Part shown: in pieces, positions 44,458 through 54,851 of the stretch | How the letters are laid out: every line of letters starts with the position of its first letter | Position numbering within the stretch: the first letter of the stretch is position 1 | Assembly: GCA_043814985.1 (NCBI GenBank) | Contig: JBDRJK010000019.1 | Coordinates: 88,926-152,925, forward strand | Source: Candidatus Aenigmatarchaeota archaeon | GTDB taxonomy: Archaea; Aenigmatarchaeota; Aenigmatarchaeia; Aenigmatarchaeales; Aenigmatarchaeaceae | DNA: 64,000 nt | Direction: 5' to 3' | Notes under the pieces: model-generated | Database searches by the model: none | Told to the model about the DNA's origin: nothing | Seen by the model: the letters and a program-made list of their open reading frames with translations, nothing else | Position numbers and translations under genes: made by a program

Positions 44458-45590
44458 AAAAGGCAATTGTTTTAATGTTAGCGGTTCTGCTTTCTGTCAG
44501 CTTGGTAGAGGCAGCACCATCTTTAACTATTTCATGGCAGCTTTCAGCAGAAACTCTGAGGCCTGGGAGCGAGGTCGCACTGTCCCTTTCATTTACCAAT
44601 TCAGGTCTTACAGAAATAACTAATGTTTTTGTAACATCAACACTGGGACCGCATCTAAAACTGATTTCAGGCGTTACTAATCTGGAGCTAGGAGCCATAT
44701 ACTCAGGATCTTCGCAGCAGGCTGCCCTGTCCTTCAAGGTGGACGACAACGCTGTTTCCACATCATCCTTCATCACTTTGAAAGTCGAATACTACACTGG
44801 GACTTCCAAATACACCAAGACCCTTTCTATTCCAGTCACAATAAGAAGGCTGCCCATACTGCAGATTGATAATGTTTATTACGATGCTGACGTAGAGCCG
44901 GGAAAGGAGACCATGCTTTCATTTGACATAGTGAACAACGGCGACGGTCCTGCAAAGGAATTGAGGATATCATTGAACCAGACCGAACTGTTCATAGTTC
45001 CCAGTTCAAGCGGCGAAATCTTGATTCAAAATTTGGGAGCCTCTGAAAGAAAGAACATAGAGTTTCCACTGATATTTAATCCAGACGCATCCATAGGAAT
45101 AGAGTCAATAGTAGTCAACCTGATGTATTACGACGAGACCAAGAGCACTAGTTATTCTGAGACAAACAAGATTGGGTTAAGGGTGACAGGGGAAGCTGAC
45201 TTTGTTGCTTCTGTTGATTCGGGCGCTAATTTCTTTTATGGTACTGTGGGTGAGGCAGAGATAACCATTTCCAACAGGGGGAGCGGTTCAGCAGAGTTTG
45301 TGACTGTGAAGGCAACTTCTGATTACGGTTCCAAGGAGTTCTACATAGGAAGCTTGGATTCTGATGATTCTGAAACAATTGACCTTATGCAGGACTTAAG
45401 GGCAGTGTCCAGCAAGTATCCAATCACTCTGGAAATTTCTTACAAGGACAAATTCCAAACCAGCTATTCTCTTGTGAAAACTGTTGAGGCTATGCCTGGG
45501 AACGCGCCTGCTGACTACAGCATGCTGTTCATATTTATTATTGTTGGTGGCATTGGTTTCTGGTACTATAGAAAAAGAAAGAAGAAGTGA
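44454..45590 (+). CDS. COG1361-like S-layer/Ig-fold protein with signal peptide and C-terminal TM anchor
   Basis: Signal peptide; repeated N.G...A beta-rich units; TM plus RKRKKK. Confidence 0.75.
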   Translation: MKKAIVLMLAVLLSVSLVEAAPSLTISWQLSAETLRPGSEVALSLSFTNSGLTEITNVFVTSTLGPHLKLISGVTNLELGAIYSGSSQQAALSFKVDDNAVSTSSFITLKVEYYTGTSKYTKTLSIPVTIRRLPILQIDNVYYDADVEPGKETMLSFDIVNNGDGPAKELRISLNQTELFIVPSSSGEILIQNLGASERKNIEFPLIFNPDASIGIESIVVNLMYYDETKSTSYSETNKIGLRVTGEADFVASVDSGANFFYGTVGEAEITISNRGSGSAEFVTVKATSDYGSKEFYIGSLDSDDSETIDLMQDLRAVSSKYPITLEISYKDKFQTSYSLVKTVEAMPGNAPADYSMLFIFIIVGGIGFWYYRKRKKK

Positions 45591-46783
45591 TTTGGTTGAT
45601 CAGGGAAAGCCTAGAATTGTCCATTGATAGCCTAAAGCATAGGAAAATCAGCTCAGCCTTGACAATGCTGGGCATTGTCATTGGGATAACATCTATAATT
45701 TCTCTTCTGTCTATTGCTGAGGGTCTTCAGCAATCTGTAACTGACCAGCTGGAGGCTATTGGTTCAGACAAGATAATAGTTTCAAGTGCAGGGGATTTTT
45801 TCTCGTCTTTCATTGGTGAGGGCCTGAAGGAGGACGACATAGACATGGTTGAGGATGTGAATGGTGTTGAGGTTGCTTTCGGGATTCTTTTCAAGACAGT
45901 TTCAGTCAGGTACAGGAAAGAGAACATGATAAGCCAGGTTATTGGAGTTAGGTCAAGGGACACGGACAAGATATTTGAAGAGATGAATGTTTGGGAAATT
46001 GACAGTGGCAGGTATTTCAAGTCTGGTGAGAAGGGAGTTGCCGTTGTTGGCAAGCTGGCTGCAGAGGATGTTTTTGAAAAAGAAATCACCATAGGGGATT
46101 TTGTATATGTGAAGGAGGAGAAGTTCAAGGTGCTTGGGATTCTAAAGTCAACAGCCAACAACCAGAGAGACAAGTCAATCTTCATACCAATGGATCAGTT
46201 GAGGGAGTTGACTGATACTAAAGATTCTATAACAATGATATTTGTCAAGATTTCTGACCTGACTAAGGCAGAGGAGATTGCTGAGGAGATAGAGGAGGAG
46301 CTTGAAGACCTGTATGGAGAGGGATACTATCAGGCTTCAACAAGCGACCAGATAGCTGAGAGTGTCGGTTCAATAATTGCTGTTCTCTCCTTTGTTCTGG
46401 GAGGTATAGCTTCAATTGCTTTGATTGTTGCGGGAGTAGGTATTGCCAACACCATGTTCACTTCCGTGATGGAGAGGACCAAGGAGATTGGAGTGATGAA
46501 GGCAATAGGAGCAACTAATTATAATGTCATGGAGATATTTCTGGTCGAGTCTGGCATGCTGGGATTCTTCGGTGGCCTCATAGGAACTATTTTAGGATTC
46601 ATAATATCACAGGTAATAACACTGTTTGCAGGCAGTGTCCTGCCAGTTCCGTTCAGAGCAGTTGTTTCACCGGAGATGGTGATTTTTAGCTTAATGTTTT
46701 CATTTTTTGTTGGTATCATTTCAGGCATATGGCCTGCAAGGAGAGCTGCCAAGTTGCAGCCAGTAGAAGCATTGAGGCGTTAA
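45587..46783 (+). CDS. MacB/FtsX-type ABC permease 1
   Basis: LTMLGIVIGI, GIANTM..SVMERTKEIG.MKAIGA, PARRAAKLQPVEALR. Confidence 0.92.
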   Translation: MIWLIRESLELSIDSLKHRKISSALTMLGIVIGITSIISLLSIAEGLQQSVTDQLEAIGSDKIIVSSAGDFFSSFIGEGLKEDDIDMVEDVNGVEVAFGILFKTVSVRYRKENMISQVIGVRSRDTDKIFEEMNVWEIDSGRYFKSGEKGVAVVGKLAAEDVFEKEITIGDFVYVKEEKFKVLGILKSTANNQRDKSIFIPMDQLRELTDTKDSITMIFVKISDLTKAEEIAEEIEEELEDLYGEGYYQASTSDQIAESVGSIIAVLSFVLGGIASIALIVAGVGIANTMFTSVMERTKEIGVMKAIGATNYNVMEIFLVESGMLGFFGGLIGTILGFIISQVITLFAGSVLPVPFRAVVSPEMVIFSLMFSFFVGIISGIWPARRAAKLQPVEALRR

Positions 46784-46784
46784 T

Positions 46785-47984
46785 ATGATAAGAGAGAGTT
46801 TGAAAATATCAATAGACACTTTGAAGAACAGGAAGACCAGTTCGATTCTGACAATCATGGGAATTGTTATTGGAATATCCGCCATAATCAGCTTGCTTTC
46901 AATAGGGGTTGGTTTGGAGCAATCCATTACTGAGCAGCTTGAGGGCATGGGCTCTGACAAGATAATGATTATGCCTGGCTCGGGCAGCGGTTTTGCAATG
47001 TCAGCATTCACTGCTGAAAGTCTGACAGACGAGGACGTTGAAACTGTTGAGGACATATCAGGAGTCAAGATGGCTGTCGGTCTTTTGATGAAGACCTTGC
47101 CTGTCAGTTACAAGGATGAGGTTATATCTACATATGTTACAGGTGGGACAGCTGAGGCATACAACAGGATGTTTCTAGAGATGAAGATTTTTGAAATAGA
47201 TGTGGGAAGACCTCCCAAGAACGGGGAGAGAGGCGTCGCGTCTATAGGCTATAGGATTGTGAATGACGTTTTCGAAGAAGAGGTCAGTATAGGCGACAGC
47301 ATTTACATAAAGGACGAGAAGTTTAAGGTTATAGGCAGCCTCAAGTCCATTGGCAACAGTCAGGACGACCAGAACATCTACATAACTCTGGAAGACCTTA
47401 GGGAGATTGCAGGAGGAAAGGACACACTCACCATGATATATGCCCAGGTATCCAATACAAACAACATTGACAATATTGCTGATAAGATAAAGGATAAATT
47501 AGAGGACAAGTATGGTGAGAACACAATCACTGCCTTAACAAGCGAGCAGATGGCTGAGATGACTAGTTCGATATTCTCAATTCTTACTTTCGTGGTTGGT
47601 GGTATTGCTTCAATATCATTAATAGTTGCTGGTGTTGGTATTGCCAACACAATGTTCATTTCTGTCATGGAGAGGACCAAGGAGATTGGTGTGATGAAGG
47701 CCATTGGTGCGACTAACTACAATGTGATGGAGATATTCATTATAGAATCAGCAATGTTAGGCTTTATTGGAGGTTCCATAGGCTGTGCAATAGGTTATGC
47801 ATTATCATTGTTGATAAATGTTTTTGCTGCAGGCGCGCTGCCAATCACCTTTGAGGCGACTGTCACACCTGAAATGATTGGTCTCGGCTTAGGTTTCTCA
47901 GTTGTCGTTGGTGTTGTATCAGGACTCTGGCCTGCTTTAAGGGCTGCTAAGTTGCAGCCAGTAGAAGCATTGAGATATGAATAG
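46785..47984 (+). CDS. MacB/FtsX-type ABC permease 2 (tandem paralog)
   Basis: Same motifs as the preceding permease. Confidence 0.92.
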   Translation: MIRESLKISIDTLKNRKTSSILTIMGIVIGISAIISLLSIGVGLEQSITEQLEGMGSDKIMIMPGSGSGFAMSAFTAESLTDEDVETVEDISGVKMAVGLLMKTLPVSYKDEVISTYVTGGTAEAYNRMFLEMKIFEIDVGRPPKNGERGVASIGYRIVNDVFEEEVSIGDSIYIKDEKFKVIGSLKSIGNSQDDQNIYITLEDLREIAGGKDTLTMIYAQVSNTNNIDNIADKIKDKLEDKYGENTITALTSEQMAEMTSSIFSILTFVVGGIASISLIVAGVGIANTMFISVMERTKEIGVMKAIGATNYNVMEIFIIESAMLGFIGGSIGCAIGYALSLLINVFAAGALPITFEATVTPEMIGLGLGFSVVVGVVSGLWPALRAAKLQPVEALRYE

Positions 47985-47987
47985 AAA

Positions 47988-49496
47988 TTACTTGTATATC
48001 TTGAGATACTTCTTGGTCAAGTAATCTATGTAAACATCAATGTTCAGACCCTCACCACAGGTTTTCTTAATCACATCATCAGCTCCCATGGTTTTGCCGT
48101 AGCTGTGGACATTCTTTCTAAGCCATTGAAGTATGAAGGAAAGGTCCCCCCTTTGTATTTGCTTTTTTATTTCAGGATGATCCTTAGAAAGTTTGTCAAA
48201 AAGCTGTGCTGCATAGATGGTTCCTATTGCATATGAAGGGAAATAGCCGAAGTAGCCTTGACACCAATGAACATCTTGTAAAACACCATCCCTATCGTTT
48301 TTAGGCCTTACCCCCAGCATCTCCTTCATTTTTTTGTTCCATATCTTAGGCAGGTCCTTTACTTTAATGGATCCTTCTATCAGACCCGTCTCAATTTCAA
48401 ATCTCATTATTACATGAAGGCAATACGTTACCTCGTCAGCCTCAATGCGTATTAGGGATGGCTTGACATTGTTGACATGATTGTACCATTGTTCAAGGCT
48501 CACTCCCTTCAATTGCTTCTTGAATTTTTTCTTGAGAAATTTGAAGTAGTATTTCCAAAACAGGATGTTTCTGGCTACCATGTTTTCCCAGAACCTTGAT
48601 TGTGATTCACTCAAACCATATGAAGGAGAGTCGAAAATAACAGTATTTTCATAATTTTTTGGAGATCCAAGACCGTGTAGCGCATGGCCAGCTTCGTGGA
48701 CAGTTGAGAATATAGCGGAAGCAGGATTTTCTTCAAGGAAATTGGTTGTTATCCTTACATCTTCAGGTCCTATATCAGTTGTGAAAGGATGAGCTGATGT
48801 GTCCAGCCGACTTTTTGATGATGGAAGATTGACCAGTTTTATCAAGTCATCAGAAACATTCCTTTGTATGTTAGATGGAAATCTAGACTTTCTTATTTTA
48901 TTCTTTCTTGTTTTGTAAGTTTTGCTTTTCTTGATTTTCTTGAGAAGGATAACAAGTTCTTCTTTTAGTTTTTCGAATTTTTTAGAAAGCTTCTCAGTTG
49001 TCATACCTTCCTCAAACGTGTCAACAAGGCTGTTGTAGGGATGGCCAGGCAAATTAATGTAGGATGCCTCCTTTCTTTTTAATTCAACTATTTTTTCCAG
49101 GTGCGGTTGGAAAATCTTGAAATCAGATTTTTTCTTGGCTTTCTGCCATGCAACAAAAGCCATGCTAGTTGCTCTAGAAAGTTCCTCTACGAAAGAAGTA
49201 GGCAGCTTCCTCTCCTTTTCAACATCCTTGTTCAGCCTATCTATCACTATCATGTCCTTCCTTTTCAGCTTGCTGAATGTTTTTGGTTCCATGAGCACTT
49301 TTATGCTTTCCAGAAGTTCCTTTGAAGTCATCTTTTCATGTATCAGTTTTGACAAATAAGCTATCTGGTCGGCTCTGGCCTCTGCCGAGTCCTTAGGCAT
49401 GTATGTTTGCATGTCCCAATCAAGAAGGTCTAGCACATACTTTAGAATAAATATCTCTTTTTGGACTGAATATATTTTATCAAGCTCTTGCATCAA
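47988..49496 (-). CDS. Carboxypeptidase M32 (Taq-type)
   Basis: HPF, HEAGH, ESQSRFWEN, IRIEADE, QDVHW, YFPSY. Confidence 0.95.
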   Translation of the reverse strand: MMQELDKIYSVQKEIFILKYVLDLLDWDMQTYMPKDSAEARADQIAYLSKLIHEKMTSKELLESIKVLMEPKTFSKLKRKDMIVIDRLNKDVEKERKLPTSFVEELSRATSMAFVAWQKAKKKSDFKIFQPHLEKIVELKRKEASYINLPGHPYNSLVDTFEEGMTTEKLSKKFEKLKEELVILLKKIKKSKTYKTRKNKIRKSRFPSNIQRNVSDDLIKLVNLPSSKSRLDTSAHPFTTDIGPEDVRITTNFLEENPASAIFSTVHEAGHALHGLGSPKNYENTVIFDSPSYGLSESQSRFWENMVARNILFWKYYFKFLKKKFKKQLKGVSLEQWYNHVNNVKPSLIRIEADEVTYCLHVIMRFEIETGLIEGSIKVKDLPKIWNKKMKEMLGVRPKNDRDGVLQDVHWCQGYFGYFPSYAIGTIYAAQLFDKLSKDHPEIKKQIQRGDLSFILQWLRKNVHSYGKTMGADDVIKKTCGEGLNIDVYIDYLTKKYLKIYK

Positions 49497-49509
49497 ATCA
49501 TTAGATTAA

Positions 49510-49899
49510 TTATTTGACTTGCATCAGCATTTTTCTTCCCATGACGACCCAATACAAGACTTCTCCGCCCTGCTTCAGTTGCCCTTTCAGGTTTTCAGGT
49601 ATTGGAGAGTCGAATGTCTCATATGTTTCCATGTCCATTATCTGTGCATTGTTCTCAGACAAGACAATTACCTGCCCTGTCCTTTTCTCCACAATGGGGA
49701 CCTCTATATCTGAGGAAGCCGGCTTAACTACTGACCTTCTCTTGTTGTCAAATAAACCAGTTGCCTCCAGCCTTGCCTTTGCGCCCCCGTGCTTTCCGGG
49801 AACAGAGGTTGTTACCCTTATAACCTTGCAGGGTTCATCGTCAATGACACAGAATTTGCCAGGCTGTAAGTTTTTTATTTCCTTCCTTGTAGTTACCAT
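49510..49899 (-). CDS. eif5a: Translation factor aIF5A
   Basis: PGKHGGAKAR hypusination motif. Confidence 0.95.
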   Translation of the reverse strand: MVTTRKEIKNLQPGKFCVIDDEPCKVIRVTTSVPGKHGGAKARLEATGLFDNKRRSVVKPASSDIEVPIVEKRTGQVIVLSENNAQIMDMETYETFDSPIPENLKGQLKQGGEVLYWVVMGRKMLMQVK

Positions 49900-49948
49900 G
49901 AAAGAATAAGGTAAAAAGAACAATATAAAGTTTAGCTTAAACTATTTT

Positions 49949-50155
49949 TCAATTCTTGCCAGCAACCAGTCTTATGTCGTGCTTGAGAATTGTCTTCCGT
50001 TTGGCATGCCTGGCTGCTTGAGCAGCCTCTAGAGCCAGTTCCATGCATATCTCCTCAACAGTCTTTGCCAGCTCCTTGATGGCCTTTGAGGATATTCTCT
50101 TTGCCCCGGCCTTTCTTGATATTCTTTCAATTGACGCTAAGGGAAGCATAACCAT
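49949..50155 (-). CDS. Archaeal histone (HMf family)
   Basis: LPLA..ERI.RKAGA.RIS..A, HAKRKTI..DI. Confidence 0.93.
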   Translation of the reverse strand: MVMLPLASIERISRKAGAKRISSKAIKELAKTVEEICMELALEAAQAARHAKRKTILKHDIRLVAGKN

Positions 50156-50372
50156 CTGCTATATTTATGGGGAGGGCTTTGTTTAATAATTGTTGTTTGT
50201 TTAAAAAGTATGTTTCTTGTTTAATAAGTTGTTCTAAATCGATATATTTTAAACAAAGCCTATGGGGAGAAATTGTTTATAAAGGACCAAAAGCTTTAAA
50301 TATGCCCACAATACAAATAATTAATAATAAGAGTAAAAGTATTTACTACTTGATAGTAAATATGGTGAAAAA

Positions 50373-50654
50373 ATGAATGAAACTCAATACGGTTCAATAA
50401 CAGCAAAGGTAGAAGGAAGGAATATTGGTTCTATAGGAAGAGTTGTCAGCCATCAGGGTGGTTCAGGTGCTAATATGCTTACTGGATCTATAACAAGAGA
50501 CGGTGATGGAAATTACAATGTTCCAATTATAGCAGGAGTTAATTATTTGAATAATCTTGCTAAGGGGCTTGCTAAATATGCATCAGAAGTAACACCAGTA
50601 ATGTCAGTAGGCGTTTCTGGAGCTAATGCTGATTATGAAAGTCGTCTTTTTTAA
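50373..50654 (+). CDS. Hypothetical Gly-rich protein
   Basis: 93-aa ORF with GGTGA SD. Confidence 0.55.
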   Translation: MNETQYGSITAKVEGRNIGSIGRVVSHQGGSGANMLTGSITRDGDGNYNVPIIAGVNYLNNLAKGLAKYASEVTPVMSVGVSGANADYESRLF

Positions 50655-50665
50655 TATGTGATTAA

Positions 50666-51655
50666 ATGCCCAAAAAACAAAAAGAAAAAAAATGTTCGGA
50701 ATGTGGATCCACGTATTTTAGAGATGATGAGAGAAGGGGGGAGACAGTCTGTGCAAAGTGCGGTCTAGTTATGGAAGAGGACAAGATTGATGCTTCTCCG
50801 GAATGGAGAGCCTTTGACGAGGAGCAGATGTCCAGAAGAACAAGGGCAGGAGCTCCTTTAACATTCACAAAACATGATAAAGGATTAACAACTGAAATTG
50901 GAAGGGGAAGGGGAGAGCTTTTCAAGGTAGCCCCTTCAAAGAGAGCTCAGTATTATAGATTAACCAAATGGCAGAAAAGGCTTGTTGAGTCAAAAGACAG
51001 GAACTTATCATTTGCCTTATCTGAATTACAAAGGTTGATTTCTTTCCTTGGCTTGCCAAGGTCAGTTCATGAGCAAGTTGCCAAGAAATACGAGCAGGCC
51101 GTTGACAGAGGATTAGTAAGGGGAAGGTCAATGGAGTCTGTTATAGCAGCTTTATTGTATACTGTTTGCAGGGAAATGCAGACACCAAGGACTTTGGAGG
51201 AAATAGCCGAGGCTTCTGGTGTTGAAAGAAGGGAAATAGGAAGAACCTACAGGTACATAGCAAGGGAACTAGGCATGAGAATTCTTCCAGCCATGCCAAA
51301 GGATTATGTTCCAAGATTCGCATCTATGCTTGGCTTGAGCGATATGACCCAGGCAAGGGCAATAAGATATTTGGACAAGGCCAAGAAAATCGAGGCATCC
51401 TCAGGCAAGGGACCAACAGGAGTTGCGGCTGCAGCCTTGTACATAGCTGCTGTTCTTGAAGGCGAGAAGAGGACCCAGAGGGAAATAGCAGATGCAATCG
51501 GAGTGACAGAGGTTACAATAAGAAACAGGTTCAAGGAATTATGTGAGAAACTTGGCTTGGAAGAGGAAGTTGAGAAAAAGGTCAGGGAAGAGAGCTCAGA
51601 GCGTATAGAAAGGAAAGCCAAAAGGGCAGTCAATAAAAAGAAGAAAAGAAAGTAA
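50666..51655 (+). CDS. tfb: Transcription initiation factor B
   Basis: CSECG..CAKCG zinc ribbon, PEWRAF, two cyclin repeats, GVTEVTIRNR. Confidence 0.96.
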   Translation: MPKKQKEKKCSECGSTYFRDDERRGETVCAKCGLVMEEDKIDASPEWRAFDEEQMSRRTRAGAPLTFTKHDKGLTTEIGRGRGELFKVAPSKRAQYYRLTKWQKRLVESKDRNLSFALSELQRLISFLGLPRSVHEQVAKKYEQAVDRGLVRGRSMESVIAALLYTVCREMQTPRTLEEIAEASGVERREIGRTYRYIARELGMRILPAMPKDYVPRFASMLGLSDMTQARAIRYLDKAKKIEASSGKGPTGVAAAALYIAAVLEGEKRTQREIADAIGVTEVTIRNRFKELCEKLGLEEEVEKKVREESSERIERKAKRAVNKKKKRK

Positions 51656-51916
51656 TTAATACCTTTTCATTTTCTCTTCTATTAATTTTAACCTAGTATC
51701 AATTGTATCAAGCTTTTGTATTACTAAATCAATCTTTTCTACTTGATTGGCATTGGGAACTTCCAAGGGTTTGTCATAGAAGTCTGTTCTCGGAAAGTCG
51801 GGCTGTGATGTCCTGAACCTTTCCAAGTCTCCTGGCAGGTCTGGGTCTGTACTGCCTATGTCTTCAGGTAACCTAACCTCTTCTTTTTTTCTCTTGAATT
51901 TATCCAGTATTCCCAT
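51656..51916 (-). CDS. Hypothetical protein: N-terminal amphipathic helix, Pro-rich linker, C-terminal coiled coil
   Basis: MGILDKFKRKK ... IDLVIQKLDTIDTRLKLIEEK. Confidence 0.65.
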   Translation of the reverse strand: MGILDKFKRKKEEVRLPEDIGSTDPDLPGDLERFRTSQPDFPRTDFYDKPLEVPNANQVEKIDLVIQKLDTIDTRLKLIEEKMKRY

Positions 51917-51917
51917 A

Positions 51918-52403
51918 TTATCCCTCCATTGCTCCTAGTATCTTTTTTATTTCTATATCAAAATCATCCAACTTTCTTTTCTGCTCTATAATATACCTTC
52001 TTCTTATTTTGTGATAATATAAGTAGGCGTAAGATGTTATCAGGGCCTTTTCCAAGGAATTGGAATAGGGGAAAGTTGTGTCTAAAGTAGCAGAGACGAA
52101 TATGGTTATTTTTCCCATCTTGTCTTTTGCTTTCTGTACTCCATGTGTTTTTACAGTGACCCAGAAGGTTGACTTGTTGTCTTTGCCGTCTTTCCCTCTC
52201 CATAAGGCATAGAATTCAATTGGGTCTGACGACCTGTCCCATTTTAGCACATCCTCAAAAGTGTTTGGTTCTGTTATCTGGAAAACATCCTTTATGAGAT
52301 TCGGTGCCACTTTCAGGAATCTCGTGGGATGATAGCCAGAAAAATTGTAAGTCTTAAAGTGCTTTGGTGCTAAAACGTCAGTTCTGATATCTATACTTGG
52401 CAT
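51918..52403 (-). CDS. Hypothetical protein (paralog of 52405-52899)
   Basis: Similar length and pattern: D...P..Y.G..P.RF...F.I.E..W..G.I.I..L.T.FP..Y...R. Confidence 0.7.
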   Translation of the reverse strand: MPSIDIRTDVLAPKHFKTYNFSGYHPTRFLKVAPNLIKDVFQITEPNTFEDVLKWDRSSDPIEFYALWRGKDGKDNKSTFWVTVKTHGVQKAKDKMGKITIFVSATLDTTFPYSNSLEKALITSYAYLYYHKIRRRYIIEQKRKLDDFDIEIKKILGAMEG

Positions 52404-52404
52404 T

Positions 52405-52899
52405 TCAGCACCTTGTCAAAACTCTTATTTCATTAACAAAAGAGGATATTAGTAGTCTTCCCTCTCTCAGGAACTCGTCCCTTCTGGAAGAATAGAAGGT
52501 CGTGTGCCAGAACATTCTCAAAAACTCGTATAGCAGGCTCTTCTGCCAGAAAGTGTCTTGTGGATACTCTGTTCTCAGCCCCCCATCAACAACTATTTCC
52601 GCCTTTCCCCCTGATTTGGAAGTTTCACCAGTCAGCTTGATGTCTATCCAGTAGTACGAGAACTTGTCTAGGTCCTTGTTGATCTCCCATCTCACTTTGA
52701 ATTTTTCAGGCGTTCCCTTGAACCAGTGGTACTCCTTTTCCTGGATGGCGTGCTCATTGACTCTGAAAGATAATAGCATCAAATCGCGTATTTCCTTGTA
52801 GAACTTTTCTGGATTAGGCCCCCCGTATTTCACTACCACTCTGTTCACAGGCCTAAACAAATCATCATGAATCATTAATTTTGTTCTTGCCCACACCAT
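52405..52899 (-). CDS. Hypothetical protein (paralog of 51918-52403)
   Basis: D..P..YGG.NP.KF...F.V.E..W..GKAEI..LRTEYP..FY..RR. Confidence 0.7.
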   Translation of the reverse strand: MVWARTKLMIHDDLFRPVNRVVVKYGGPNPEKFYKEIRDLMLLSFRVNEHAIQEKEYHWFKGTPEKFKVRWEINKDLDKFSYYWIDIKLTGETSKSGGKAEIVVDGGLRTEYPQDTFWQKSLLYEFLRMFWHTTFYSSRRDEFLREGRLLISSFVNEIRVLTRC

Positions 52900-52957
52900 T
52901 TTTATCCAAACTAATATTAGATAAAGGTTTTTATAAACTTTATATCAATTATTAAAT

Positions 52958-53122
52958 ATGATTTTGAAGATTTTAGGCTTGCTAATGATTATTGTAGGTT
53001 TTTTGATACTGAAGTACTTCCCAGACATGGAAAGATATCAAAGAGGTGGGTTTACAATGAGTGGGATACTAATAGGATTAGTAATGCTTTTAGTCGGAAT
53101 AGGGTTAATAATATTTGGTTGA
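52958..53122 (+). CDS. Small 2-TM membrane protein (54 aa, not in ORF track)
   Basis: Manual translation MILKILGLLMIIVGFLILKYFPDMERYQRGGFTMSGILIGLVMLLVGIGLIIFG. Confidence 0.7.
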   Translation: MILKILGLLMIIVGFLILKYFPDMERYQRGGFTMSGILIGLVMLLVGIGLIIFG

Positions 53123-53126
53123 TAAA

Positions 53127-54851
53127 ATGGACAAGGAAATTTTTGAAATAGGTATTCCTGAACAGAGTGGACGGGGCATTCCTGTTAATCTAGTGCCAGA
53201 TCAAAAAACAAACATTTTGGGTATGCGTATAGAGTCCGACCCCACTTTAGGTATGTTCGTATGTTCAGGGCCTGTTGCACCTCCTGGAAAAGAAAAGTAT
53301 GCTGATCAGAATGTTGAATTGAACTTCACAGGCAAGCCCGGCGAAGCCTCGGGTTTATATTATGCCTTATTTTTTCAGCTTCCCAAGTGGGCATGGTATA
53401 TTCAAAAAGCTGACGAGTGGATAGAAGTCTCTCCTACTCATAAGGAATACTATGACAGGACAATGGCAACAAAGCAGATGCTGGAGTCAACAATAAAGAC
53501 AGGCTTGTCTTCAGCTGCCCAGGCTGTTGCTGATTTCGAGCTGATGAGCCATGACTTGAGAAAGTACAAGGAAATTCTCACTTACTTTGCCAAGAAGGAT
53601 GAGCATTCTCTGAAGGCAATGTTCATTGACCAGGTTGATGTTCACACTGATGTAAGCATGGTGCGCACTATTGCTCCTAGATGGCCAACAATAATAGATG
53701 ATTTTCAAAGTCTGACAGATGATGATCTTGAAGCTGGGGCTATTTCAAAAAAGTATAAAATTTCCAAGGCAGAGGCTGTAATACTGGTTACAAAGAACAA
53801 ACTATATAAGCAATGGAAGAATATGTTTGGGGCATCTGTCAGGGAAAGGTATGAGAGAATAAAAGGTATGGTCGAGAGCAGGAGGAAATCCATAAAGGAA
53901 TATAAGAAATGGTTGAAGCCTTACATTGCAAGGTTCAGCATGACAAAACTGGGAGGCGAGAGAAGAGCTGTTAGGGATAGTACCCTCAAATCATTTGCTG
54001 ACATAACAGGTGTGGCAACCTTCACGAACGGTATAAGGATATTTGCGTGGAGATTCTTTAAAACTGAGGAGACAAGAAAAGCAGCAGCGGAGAAGAAGGA
54101 TGGCTTTGCCTTGAATCCTTATGATGATTATGTGAGAGAGAGATTCATTCTCGACCCCTTTATTGGTTTAGCCTCCATTTATCCTTGGTTAAACAACGAC
54201 AGAAAGTACTGTCCAAAATGCAAGAAATATTCTCCTTCTGGAGTTATCCTATGCCCGAAGTGCGGTTCAACTAATCTTTTGAATAAAAAATTTGCAGATG
54301 AGATTGTTGAGGAGCAGATACTGCCTGCTTGGAAAAGGGGTGAAATGGGTCTGGATCCATACGAGATGTATTACATTTTTACTGACTACAAAATCATGAG
54401 ACTTGGTACAAGGTTACCTGTTGGTGAATTGGAAGACATAACATTTAACATGAGCAATTTCGTTGTTTCCCAGAACATTTTACTTGTCAAAATTCTTGAG
54501 CTTAAGTGTAGGGACATTGAGCTTGAACAGTACATAGATGAAATACTTGGGGTTAAGGTTGAAGAGAGGCAGATTAGCGAGATTGTCATGGATGAGTTCC
54601 CAGAACTTTTTCCCAAGCAAGAGGTCAGCGGTTACAGGAAGTTTATTAATGAATTGAGTCAAAGCGGAAAGGCCTATACCAGTTTCCTAAAAAAAGTCAA
54701 GACACCTAGATCAAGCAGAATATCTTTTTTCAAGCGAGGCCCCTACGAACATGTTTTTAGGGAAAGATTATCCAAGCACTACGCAAAGCAGGTAGCCCCT
54801 TACTTTTTCGGTATTGTGAAATTCATTATAGAAAAAATGGGTGTTGAGTGA
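53127..54851 (+). CDS. Large hypothetical helical protein with an inserted zinc ribbon
   Basis: Long ORF with coiled-coil-like stretches; CPKC..CPKCGS. Confidence 0.75.
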   Translation: MDKEIFEIGIPEQSGRGIPVNLVPDQKTNILGMRIESDPTLGMFVCSGPVAPPGKEKYADQNVELNFTGKPGEASGLYYALFFQLPKWAWYIQKADEWIEVSPTHKEYYDRTMATKQMLESTIKTGLSSAAQAVADFELMSHDLRKYKEILTYFAKKDEHSLKAMFIDQVDVHTDVSMVRTIAPRWPTIIDDFQSLTDDDLEAGAISKKYKISKAEAVILVTKNKLYKQWKNMFGASVRERYERIKGMVESRRKSIKEYKKWLKPYIARFSMTKLGGERRAVRDSTLKSFADITGVATFTNGIRIFAWRFFKTEETRKAAAEKKDGFALNPYDDYVRERFILDPFIGLASIYPWLNNDRKYCPKCKKYSPSGVILCPKCGSTNLLNKKFADEIVEEQILPAWKRGEMGLDPYEMYYIFTDYKIMRLGTRLPVGELEDITFNMSNFVVSQNILLVKILELKCRDIELEQYIDEILGVKVEERQISEIVMDEFPELFPKQEVSGYRKFINELSQSGKAYTSFLKKVKTPRSSRISFFKRGPYEHVFRERLSKHYAKQVAPYFFGIVKFIIEKMGVE

